In this document: piece by piece, positions 7,427 through 14,669 of the stretch | How the letters are laid out: every line of letters begins with the position of its first letter | Position numbering within the stretch: the first letter of the stretch is position 1 | Assembly: GCA_031400005.1 (NCBI GenBank) | Contig: JANNPJ010000444.1 | Coordinates: forward strand, 1 to 18,949 | Origin: Kineosporiaceae bacterium | GTDB taxonomy: Bacteria; Actinomycetota; Actinomycetes; Actinomycetales; Kineosporiaceae | Reading direction: 5' to 3' | Length of the DNA stretch: 18,949 nucleotides | Translations under genes and position numbers: made by a program | The notes under the pieces: generated by a model | Told to the model about the DNA's origin: nothing | Databases searched by the model: none | Seen by the model: only the letters and a program-made list of their open reading frames with translations

Positions 7427-8461
7427 CTACGTGGCGCTGCGGGTTGCCGCGGAGATGGTCTCCTCGGTCAGGGCGGCCTGGGCGTCGCTGAACTCGTCCG
7501 GTCGTCCGGCCCGGAGCAGATCCCGCCATTTCCCGGCGTCATGGTCGGCGGGGGTGGTCGTCGCCAGGAAGTCGATCAGCACAGTGGCGAACCTGGGCGG
7601 GTCGCTGTGGTGCGGGAAATGCCCGGCCGAGTCGATGATCTCCAGTCGGCTGGCTGGGAGCGCGGCATGGGCGACATGGGCATGCGCGACCGGGATGATG
7701 GGATCGCGGGCCCCCCAGATCAGCAGCGTGGGCAGGCTCCGGCCGAGATAGCAGCGGTCGAGCATGGTGACCATCTGCCCATGCCTGTCCACCACCGCCC
7801 GGAGAGTCTGGATCACGGCCGCTCGCGACGTCCGGTCCGGCATCGAGTCGAACACCCGGAGCAGGTCTTCGGCATCGAGGCCGAGGTTGGTGTTCAGGCC
7901 GTGCAGGAGCTTGGCACCGATCTTGGCGGTCAGGTGGGCCATCGGCAGGCGTAGTAGCTGGAGTCCGAGGTCGGCGTTCGGCATCGACACCAGGCGCAGC
8001 GCGGGGTGCACCTCCCGGCCCACCCCGCCGGTGCTGACCAGCACGAGTCGATCGCAGTGATCCGGGTACTGGTAAGCGAACTGCATCGCGACGCCACCGC
8101 CGAGCGAATGTCCGATCACGGTTGCCCGGTCGACTTCCAGCACTTCGAGCAGGTCCCGCAGTCCGTTCGCGAAGGCGGCTACCGAATAGTCCGCCCGGGG
8201 TTTGTCGGACCGCCCGTGGCCGAGCAGGTCGGGGGCGATCACCGTGTGATGGCGGGCCAGCAGCGGGATCAGTTCCCGCCAGGTCTCCGAGGAATCGCCG
8301 ATCCCATGCACCAGCAGCAGCACGGGTCCCTCGCCGGCGCGCAGGAATGCTCGCCGATACCCGTGGACGGTACGGAACTCCAGGCGCGGGTCGCCGTCCC
8401 GGACGCTCGCCAGCGGCGCTCGACCCCGGCGTGGGCCAGCCCGCGAACCGATCAGCGACAT
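7427..8461 (-). CDS. Alpha/beta-fold hydrolase
   Basis: 344 aa. The oxyanion region is VLLLVHGIGDSS, the nucleophile elbow is VIGHSLGGGVA, and the C-terminal catalytic His context is SAGHFPHHSDP. The substrate is unknown. Confidence 0.75.
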   Translation of the reverse strand: MSLIGSRAGPRRGRAPLASVRDGDPRLEFRTVHGYRRAFLRAGEGPVLLLVHGIGDSSETWRELIPLLARHHTVIAPDLLGHGRSDKPRADYSVAAFANGLRDLLEVLEVDRATVIGHSLGGGVAMQFAYQYPDHCDRLVLVSTGGVGREVHPALRLVSMPNADLGLQLLRLPMAHLTAKIGAKLLHGLNTNLGLDAEDLLRVFDSMPDRTSRAAVIQTLRAVVDRHGQMVTMLDRCYLGRSLPTLLIWGARDPIIPVAHAHVAHAALPASRLEIIDSAGHFPHHSDPPRFATVLIDFLATTTPADHDAGKWRDLLRAGRPDEFSDAQAALTEETISAATRSAT

Positions 8462-8756
8462 TCCCTACCTCCTGGTCGCGACGATCTTCTCAGTGTCCAC
8501 GGCGGATGTCGTCCCAACCAGAGAGCGGCGGATCTTCGACCACTCTGGCCCCGTCTCCGTTCGCATCAGCGCGCATCGTTGCGCACAATTTCGTGCGATC
8601 GAGCGATTGCTTAGGGTGACGAGTGTCTCAAAGTGGCCCCTTCGGGTATCCAATCCATGATGCAATCATTTCGGACGAAGTGCCGCAATAGGCCATCAGG
8701 CCGCAGCGCGGGTTTCATGACGGGTCCGGGGCCGGGACCGAGGGGAGGGCGTCGCG

Positions 8757-10502
8757 ATGACCGCTTCTGACGCCTATCCGGAATGGTGGTGCCCCCCATC
8801 GGTCACCCGGCTGTCGGACCGGCTCGCCGATCGCCACCTAGCCAGTCTCAGTAACTCGGCCAGTCTCGCTAACTCGGCTGGCGCCACCCATTCGGCCAGC
8901 GTCACCAATACGGCCGGTCTCGCTCATTCGCCGGTCGGATCGGCAGACCCGGCCGAATCCCCGTCGTCCCGAATCGGACTGGACTGGGTGGTTCGCGCCC
9001 AGGACGGCGAAGCGAGCCAGGTGCTCCCGGAGATCGACCTGGCGATTCACGCCGGTCTGGAGCCGGGCGCCTACGCCCGCGCGCTGTATGCCCAGGCGCT
9101 CTGTCTGATGATGCTGAATGACGGTCCGACCGCCATCCGGGTGGCTCGTGAGCTCAGCTCACTGTGCTGGGAGCTTCAGCTTCCGGCTGCCGGGCTGCGG
9201 GCCCGGGCGCTGCTCGTGGATCTGCTGCATCAGGAAGGAAAGCTGGAACAGGCGGTGGAGCAACTCGCCCAGGCGGTGGCTTTGGAGCCGGCCATGCATG
9301 ATCTGTCCGATCCGGACACTCAGACGGCGCTCGGTGCGCTCGCGATCGCACTTCGGCGCAGCGGCGTGGTCGAGGAAGCCAACCGTCTGGAGCAACGGCT
9401 CGCGGCCGTGGAGCACACCCTGCCGCTGCACCAGCGGGTGTCACGATGGAGCAACCAGGCGTTCGAGCATGTCGCGCAGGCGATGAATGCCGCCCGACGA
9501 GCGCCTTACGCCGTGGATACCGATCTGCTCGATGAAGCGGTGGCTGAGATCCAGTTGGCTGCCAAACTCGCCAGCGCCGGCTCTTACCAGGTCATTGCAA
9601 TCGAGGCGCAGGTGATCGAGGCGCTCCCGGACGCCCTGGTGGCGGACGCCGAGACCGGGCTGGTCGCCCTGAACAGGTGCCGGGAGGTAATCGAGTTCGG
9701 GCCGGAAGCCACCTCGGCGCAGGTGTTCTGGGCGGTTGGGGTGGTCCGGGCGATGGTTCGGCTCGGCCGTTTCCACGAGGCAGTCGCGATCGGGACCCGG
9801 ATGCTGGCCCGAATCCGTGACCACGCCAGGGAAGGGGATCGACGGATCCTGGCATATGAGGTGATGCGGGCGGAACACCCTCAGGTGGAACGGGCCCAGA
9901 CCGGGACGGCCGAGTACTTGGCCCTCACCGAGAACCTGGCGGGAACCGACTTCGCGCTGGTCAGTGCGCTGTTCAAGGCGCGGGTGGATCTGCTGCGCGG
10001 AGCCGACGAGCGGCGCGGGTTGGCGCGAGCGGCGTCCCTCGACCCACTCACCGGGCTGATCAACCGGCGTGGCGCGGCCGCAGCGATCGCGGACGCAGCG
10101 GTGCGGCCACGGAACGAACCGATCGCGCTGCTGGTCATTGACCTGGACGGGTTCAAGGATGTCAATGACAGTTGCGGCCACCTGGCTGGTGACGTCGTCC
10201 TGCAACGGGTTTCGCAGGCGCTGCGGGCCACCGCTCGGGCCGAGGACGTAGTCGCCCGCTGGGGTGGTGACGAATTCGTCGTCGTCGCGGCGCTGGACGA
10301 GGACCGTGCCCTGGCCCTGGGCGACCGGCTCCGGGACACCATCCGCCAGCGCGCCGGGATTGACTCGAACATCCCAGTGACCGGGAGCGTCGGCGTGGCC
10401 GTCCGGAAAACCGCGGTGGACGAGGTGGCCTGGCTGCAGTGCGCGGACAACGCCATGTACCTGGCGAAGCGATCCGGCGGCGATGCCACGGTGCTGAGTT
10501 GA
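8757..10502 (+). CDS. GGDEF-domain diguanylate cyclase with a large N-terminal, probably helical/TPR-like sensory region
   Basis: The C-terminal ~165 aa are LDPLTGLINRRG...LLVIDLDGFKDVNDSCGHLAGDVVL...RAEDVVARWGGDEFVVVA...GSVGVAV. They carry an intact GGDEF active-site motif and an RxxD I-site (RAED) five residues upstream. The N-terminus holds degenerate Ser/Ala/Asn-rich repeats. Confidence 0.85.
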   Translation: MTASDAYPEWWCPPSVTRLSDRLADRHLASLSNSASLANSAGATHSASVTNTAGLAHSPVGSADPAESPSSRIGLDWVVRAQDGEASQVLPEIDLAIHAGLEPGAYARALYAQALCLMMLNDGPTAIRVARELSSLCWELQLPAAGLRARALLVDLLHQEGKLEQAVEQLAQAVALEPAMHDLSDPDTQTALGALAIALRRSGVVEEANRLEQRLAAVEHTLPLHQRVSRWSNQAFEHVAQAMNAARRAPYAVDTDLLDEAVAEIQLAAKLASAGSYQVIAIEAQVIEALPDALVADAETGLVALNRCREVIEFGPEATSAQVFWAVGVVRAMVRLGRFHEAVAIGTRMLARIRDHAREGDRRILAYEVMRAEHPQVERAQTGTAEYLALTENLAGTDFALVSALFKARVDLLRGADERRGLARAASLDPLTGLINRRGAAAAIADAAVRPRNEPIALLVIDLDGFKDVNDSCGHLAGDVVLQRVSQALRATARAEDVVARWGGDEFVVVAALDEDRALALGDRLRDTIRQRAGIDSNIPVTGSVGVAVRKTAVDEVAWLQCADNAMYLAKRSGGDATVLS

Positions 10503-10584
10503 GGTTCGGCTTGGATTGAGGTTGGCTGGGTTGTGGTTGCTGGGCTGCGTACCACTCTTTAGGCGGATCTAGCCCGTTGCCCGG

Positions 10585-11445
10585 GTGGACGACGTTCTTC
10601 TCGTGGACACGGACCGACCGGTGCCGCCGGACGGTTCCCGGTGCCCGACCAATGCGCAGCAGGCACTCACCGCGTTCCTGGCCTGCCTGCTCAGTTTGTT
10701 CTTCTTAGGCACGCTGGCGGCGGCCACCAACCCGTCGCTGATCGGCCTGGATCGGCTCGGAGTCGGCGTCCATCCGGCGATTCCCGCGGATGCGGCGAGC
10801 GCTCCGCTGGCTCAACCGGAGCCGGCACCGAGCGGGGTCGGTGGCTATCGACTGCTCGAGATCCAGGACGACGGTTCGGGACGGCCGGTGCGCTGGGATC
10901 CGTGCCGGCCGATCCACTACGTGGTGCGCCCGGATGGTGCCCCTGCCGGCGGCGAGCGCGCGCTCCGATCGTCGATTGCCCGGATCGAACAGGTCACTGG
11001 CTTACGGTTCAGCTTTGACGGCGAGACCTCGGAAACCCCGCACCGAGATCGGCCGACAGTGGATGTCGCCAGGTACGGCAGCCGTTGGTCCCCGGTCCTG
11101 GTGGCGTGGACGGACCCGGCTGAGTACCCAGCGATGACCGGTTACGCCGGTCTCGGTGGGCCGGACACGGTGGCCGGCCACACTCGGGGGCATCGCCGGT
11201 TCGTCAGCGGAGTGGTGCTGCTGAACCGTCAATACCTGTCCGAAGTGTTTCACTGGGATGACGGCCAGGCCCGGCTGGATGCGGTGGTTCTGCACGAGTT
11301 CGGGCATCTGGTCGGGTTGGATCATGTCCCGGACCCGAATCAGCTGATGTTCAAACAGCCGTCGGCACATGCCGATGGTTTTGCGGACGGCGACCGTCGG
11401 GGGCTTGCCCTGCTGTCCAGTGGGCCGTGTTTTCGCGACTTCTAG
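10585..11445 (+). CDS. Secreted/membrane-anchored zinc metalloprotease, matrixin-like metzincin (HExxHxxGxxH)
   Basis: An N-terminal hydrophobic segment (LTAFLACLLSLFFLGTLAAA) sits ahead of the zinc-binding motif VVLHEFGHLVGLDHVPDPNQLMF. That motif reads HEFGHLVGLDH and is followed by a Met-turn-like LM. Upstream of it, RW...IHYVV...GLRFSF... resembles the matrixin fold. The start is the GTG at 10585, and alternatives are possible. Confidence 0.65.
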   Translation: MDDVLLVDTDRPVPPDGSRCPTNAQQALTAFLACLLSLFFLGTLAAATNPSLIGLDRLGVGVHPAIPADAASAPLAQPEPAPSGVGGYRLLEIQDDGSGRPVRWDPCRPIHYVVRPDGAPAGGERALRSSIARIEQVTGLRFSFDGETSETPHRDRPTVDVARYGSRWSPVLVAWTDPAEYPAMTGYAGLGGPDTVAGHTRGHRRFVSGVVLLNRQYLSEVFHWDDGQARLDAVVLHEFGHLVGLDHVPDPNQLMFKQPSAHADGFADGDRRGLALLSSGPCFRDF

Positions 11446-11461
11446 TTTTCGAGACTTCTCA
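11430..11461. repeat. Tandem 16-bp duplication spanning the metalloprotease stop codon (TTTTCGCGACTTCTAG / TTTTCGAGACTTCTCA)
   Basis: Read directly: two adjacent 16-mers that are 14/16 identical. The TAG stop at 11443-11445 is the last triplet of copy 1. Immediately after comes TTTCGA-N12-TCGAAA, a 6-bp inverted repeat. Confidence 0.6.
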
Positions 11462-11504
11462 TTGTCGAAAGTCCGCACGGTATCGGGTGGCTCGCGCCAT
11501 TGTG

Positions 11505-11542
11505 TTATCCACAGAACTGAGAACGGGCGGTTTATCCACAGA
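11505..11542. promoter_or_regulatory. Two direct copies of TTATCCACAGA (perfect DnaA-box 9-mers TTATCCACA) 27 bp apart, upstream of the DUF4192 gene
   Basis: Read directly: TTATCCACA at 11505-11513 and again at 11532-11540, each followed by GA. They lie 50-85 bp upstream of the ATG at 11592. TTATCCACA is the canonical E. coli DnaA box. A 9-mer this AT-rich occurring twice within 40 bp is unlikely by chance in ~70% GC DNA. Confidence 0.35.
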
Positions 11543-11591
11543 TTCGGGGTCTCTTCCCCAGCGCCGTGGATCGGCGAGCAATCTGGCTGTC

Positions 11592-13064
11592 ATGGATACC
11601 AATGAAACGACGGTTATCACCAAAGCCGGCCCGGAGGACATGATCGCCACGGCCTGGTTCAGTCTGGGGTACAAGCCCCGCAACAGCCTGGTCGTGATCG
11701 GGCTGGAAGGGCCGCGCCAACGCGTCGGCGTCCTACTCAGGGCCGATCTGCCCAGGTCCGATCTGCTCAGGTCCGATCTGCCCAGATCCGCCCATCATTC
11801 GGGCCCTAGTTCGAGCCATAGTTCGAGCCGAAGTGCTGGCAATGCTGAGCGTTGCAGCGAGGAGCTCCGGCCGATGGACCAGCTATCGCCGAAGGAACTG
11901 CGAGCGGTGCTTCCCGGGATGGTGGCTGACCTCTTGGCCACGGTCGCCACCTCGGGTGCTCGCGGGGTGCTGGCGATCGTGGCCGATGAGAATGCTCTCG
12001 ATCGCAGGCCGCCCGCGGTGGTCAGGCTGTTGCGACATGGCGTCCGTGAGTTCGGGCTGCGGCTGTTCGATGTGCTCGGCCTGACCTCCACGGCTTTCTC
12101 CTCGCTGCTGTGTCGAGATCCCCGCTGTTGCCCACCGGGCGGTCGACCGATTGCCCAGGTCTTGTCCAGTCGGACCGCCGCCGCGCACGTGGTCTACGGC
12201 GACACGGTGGCCGAGTCGGAGGCGGACCTCCTTGCCGATGTCACCCACGGACCATCGGACCCGCCGTGCGATCCGCCGTCCGTCAGCTTGCTTGATGCCG
12301 ATCCCGATCCTGACCCCGATGCCGCTGTCTACCCCGATTCTGATCCACGCAGTGAGCGCTCACCCCTGGACTGGCTCTCCCTGGAGCAGCGGTGGACCTG
12401 GTGGGAGCGCTGGAACAGGGCTTGTGTCAGTGCCGCAAAGATTCCCAGCCAGGCCGAACCGCTGCGCGGATTCTCTGCGGCGCTGCATGACTGGTACCTA
12501 CGTGACGCCGTCCTGATGAGTTTGCTCGGGGCCGCCAAAGTGGAGGTGCGGGACCTGCTGGACGGCAGTTACGCCGGGATGGCCGGCTACCCCGGTGGAC
12601 CCGGCGAGAGTCGGGATGGCACAGATCGGGATGGTCCGGGTTGGGATGGCCGGGGTGGGGGTCCGGGTTGGGATGGCCAGGGTTGGGATGGAACAGATCG
12701 GGATGGCCCGGATTGGGATGGCCGGGGTTGGGATGGACTGGGGCAGCTTGGCGCACCTGAGCCCGCGGCCGAGCAATTCCGGCAGGATCTCGTGCGCTTG
12801 CTCCGGCAGCGACCCGACGGAGAACGGCTGAACGCCGGACGGACCGTGCTCGCCGCAGCAGTCCGGGTGGCAGGGAAAGGCGACCGAGGGCCTGCGCTGG
12901 CCGTGCTTGCCATGCTGGCCTGGTTCGAGGGTCGAGGAGGGCGCGCGAGGCTTCTCGTCGAGCAGGCGCAGGCCGATGCCCCCTGGGTTTCTCTGACTCG
13001 ACTGGTGGAGGACCTGCTGATGGGACGGATCCCACCGCCATGGTTGAGCAATGGGTCTGGCTGA
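11592..13064 (+). CDS. DUF4192-like protein (actinobacterial conserved protein family) with two low-complexity repeat inserts
   Basis: The ATG at 11592 begins MDTNETTVITKAGPEDMIATAWFSLGYKPRNSLVVIGLEG... This resembles the DUF4192 N-terminus (...V.sPeDLLAvVP.vLGFhP.dSLVvl...). The family assignment is from recall and carries moderate confidence. The ORF continues in frame to 13064. It contains (SDLPR)x3 and a D-G-x-D-R/G-W-D-G tract. Confidence 0.5.
   Translation: MDTNETTVITKAGPEDMIATAWFSLGYKPRNSLVVIGLEGPRQRVGVLLRADLPRSDLLRSDLPRSAHHSGPSSSHSSSRSAGNAERCSEELRPMDQLSPKELRAVLPGMVADLLATVATSGARGVLAIVADENALDRRPPAVVRLLRHGVREFGLRLFDVLGLTSTAFSSLLCRDPRCCPPGGRPIAQVLSSRTAAAHVVYGDTVAESEADLLADVTHGPSDPPCDPPSVSLLDADPDPDPDAAVYPDSDPRSERSPLDWLSLEQRWTWWERWNRACVSAAKIPSQAEPLRGFSAALHDWYLRDAVLMSLLGAAKVEVRDLLDGSYAGMAGYPGGPGESRDGTDRDGPGWDGRGGGPGWDGQGWDGTDRDGPDWDGRGWDGLGQLGAPEPAAEQFRQDLVRLLRQRPDGERLNAGRTVLAAAVRVAGKGDRGPALAVLAMLAWFEGRGGRARLLVEQAQADAPWVSLTRLVEDLLMGRIPPPWLSNGSG
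11741..11790 (+). repeat. Intragenic 15-bp tandem repeat, 3.3 copies (GTCCGATCTGCCCAG), encoding (S/A)DLPR x3
   Basis: Read directly: ggccgatctgcccag / gtccgatctgctcag / gtccgatctgcccag / atccg. Confidence 0.7.
12613..12736 (+). repeat. Intragenic G-rich tandem array with 8 copies of GGGATGG in about 125 bp, encoding GWDG/DRDG repeats
   Basis: Read directly: GGGATGG recurs 8 times, at spacings of 10-21 bp, between 12613 and 12736. Longer units (acagatcgggatgg[t/c]ccgg[g/a]ttgggatggccggggt) are duplicated. The translation is DGTDRDGPGWDGRGGGPGWDGQGWDGTDRDGPDWDGRGWDG. Confidence 0.7.
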
Positions 13065-13157
13065 GAAATGGGCCTGAAGGGTGACGAAGTGCACGTCAAT
13101 AGTCCAGATTCTGAGATGGGGTGGGCGAGTGTCCGTGGCTCGCTTAGGATCTCCTCC

Positions 13158-13272
13158 TAGGTCATGAGTATCAGCACCAAGCCCCGGCTTGCTGGTCGGC
13201 AACCCTCGTTCCGCGGTGGGGTGCCCCGGGTGATGACCTGGCTGACGCCATTGGGCGGAGGCAAGCGCGGTC
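13158..13272 (+). ncRNA. SAM-IV riboswitch (S-adenosylmethionine aptamer) in the metY-metX leader
   Basis: GGTCATGAGTATCAGCACCAAGCCCCGGCTTGCTGGTCGGCAACCCTCGTTCCGCGGTGGGGTGCCCCGGGTGATGACCTGGCTGACGCCATTGGGCGGAGGCAAGCGCGG matches the SAM-IV consensus (Rfam RF00634) as I recall it. The matching blocks are GGUCAUGAGU, GGCAACCCUC, CGCGGUGGGGUGCCCCGGGUGAUGACC and GCAAGCGCG. The P1 strands GGTCAT/ATGACC are complementary. The genomic context, upstream of O-acetylhomoserine sulfhydrylase plus homoserine acetyltransferase in an actinobacterium, is the classical SAM-IV context. Confidence 0.8.
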
Positions 13273-13352
13273 GACAGTCGTCGGCCCGAAAGCTCGCGGG
13301 CCTGCCCGCGATGGGCGCGGCTGTCCCGTGCCCATGAGTTGGAGGAGTTTTC

Positions 13353-14669
13353 ATGACCACTGGCTGGTCCTTCGAAACCCGACAGATCCACGCCGGTCAG
13401 ACCCCAGACCCGACCACGGGTGCACGTGCCTTGCCGATCTACCAGACCACCTCGTTCGTCTTCAAAAGCACCGAGCAGGCCGCAAACCTGTTCGGACTGA
13501 AGGAATTCGGGAACATCTACACCCGGATCAACAACCCCACCACTGACGTGGTGGAGCAGCGGGTGGCAAACCTGGAGGGTGGCGTCGGAGCGCTGCTGGT
13601 TGCTAGTGGTCAGTCTGCGGAGACTCTCGCGCTGCTCAACGTGGCCGAGGTCGGCGACCACATCGTCGCCAGCCCCAGCCTCTACGGCGGCACGTACAAC
13701 CTCTTCCACTACACCTTGCCGAAGTTCGGCATCGAGGTCAGCTTCGTCACCGACCCGGACGACCTCGAGTCCTGGAAGGCCGAGGTCAAGCCGAACACGA
13801 AGGCGTTCTTCGCCGAGACGATCTCCAACCCGAAGCAGGACGTGCTCGACATCGAGGGTGTCGCGAAGGTCGCCCACGAGGCCGGTGTCCCGCTGATCGT
13901 CGATAACACCGTGGCCACCCCGTATCTGATCCGTCCGCTGGAGTGGGGCGCGGACGTCGTGGTGCATTCGGCCACCAAGTACCTCGGTGGTCACGGTGCC
14001 GCCATTGCCGGCGTGATCGTGGACGGCGGCACGTTCGACTATGCGGCCGATCCGGCGCGTTTCCCCGGCTTCAACACTCCGGACGCCAGCTACAACGGCC
14101 TGGTCTACGCCCGTGATCTCGGTGTCGGCAGTGCTCTCGGCGCGAACCTGGCGTTCATCCTGAAGGCCAGGGTGCAACTGTTGCGCGACCTGGGGCCAGC
14201 AGCCTCACCGTTCAATGCCTTCCTGATCTCCCAGGGGCTGGAAACGTTGAGCCTGCGGATCGAGCGTCATGTGCAGAACGCGACAGCCGTCGCGCATTGG
14301 CTGGAGGCCCGGGACGAGGTCGACTCGGTTGCGTACGCAGGCCTGCAGAGCAGCCCGTGGTATGCGCTGGGTCAGAAGTACGCGCCCAAGGGCGCTGGTG
14401 CGATTGTCGCCTTCGAGATCAAGGGCGGGGTGGAGGCAGGCAAGCGTTTCGTCGATGCCCTCGAGCTGCATAGCCATGTGGCGAATATTGGTGACGTCCG
14501 CAGCCTGGTCATTCACCCGGCAAGCACGACCCACAGCCAGCTGAGCGAGAGCGAGCAACTCGCCAGCGGTGTCACTCCGGGTCTGGTCCGGTTGGCCGTC
14601 GGGCTGGAGAACATCTCGGACATCCTGGCTGACCTGGAGGCCGGTTTCCGGGCGGCGAAGGCTAGCTGA
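13353..14669 (+). CDS. metY: O-acetylhomoserine aminocarboxypropyltransferase / O-acetylhomoserine sulfhydrylase (PLP-dependent, Cys/Met-metabolism family)
   Basis: 438 aa. The N-terminus FETRQIHAGQTPDPTTGARALPIYQTTSFVF, the region NPTTDVVEQRVANLEGG and the PLP-lysine motif HSATKYLGGHG are strong MetY signatures. GGAGGAG lies 6 nt upstream of the ATG. Confidence 0.9.
   Translation: MTTGWSFETRQIHAGQTPDPTTGARALPIYQTTSFVFKSTEQAANLFGLKEFGNIYTRINNPTTDVVEQRVANLEGGVGALLVASGQSAETLALLNVAEVGDHIVASPSLYGGTYNLFHYTLPKFGIEVSFVTDPDDLESWKAEVKPNTKAFFAETISNPKQDVLDIEGVAKVAHEAGVPLIVDNTVATPYLIRPLEWGADVVVHSATKYLGGHGAAIAGVIVDGGTFDYAADPARFPGFNTPDASYNGLVYARDLGVGSALGANLAFILKARVQLLRDLGPAASPFNAFLISQGLETLSLRIERHVQNATAVAHWLEARDEVDSVAYAGLQSSPWYALGQKYAPKGAGAIVAFEIKGGVEAGKRFVDALELHSHVANIGDVRSLVIHPASTTHSQLSESEQLASGVTPGLVRLAVGLENISDILADLEAGFRAAKAS

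Noticed and set aside
8462-8756. Possible c-di-GMP (GEMM) riboswitch upstream of the GGDEF gene
   Set aside because: I looked for GEMM-I hallmarks (GGCAAACC, the GNRA tetraloop-receptor pair, ACGCAAAGC) in the 295-bp leader and found none. Only small palindromes are present.
9441-10205. 254-aa minus-strand ORF inside the GGDEF gene
   Set aside because: It is antisense to the GGDEF catalytic domain, which has unambiguous motifs. It is a high-GC artefact.
11505-11542. Chromosomal replication origin (oriC) because of the DnaA boxes
   Set aside because: There are only two boxes, both in one orientation. There is no flanking dnaA, dnaN, rpmH or gyrB, and no AT-rich DUE nearby. A regulatory or titration site is more plausible than oriC.
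12498-14177. 559-aa minus-strand ORF spanning the DUF4192 3' end, the SAM-IV riboswitch and half of metY
   Set aside because: It crosses a riboswitch and two independently supported genes on the opposite strand. The translation is Arg/Pro/Gly-rich nonsense.
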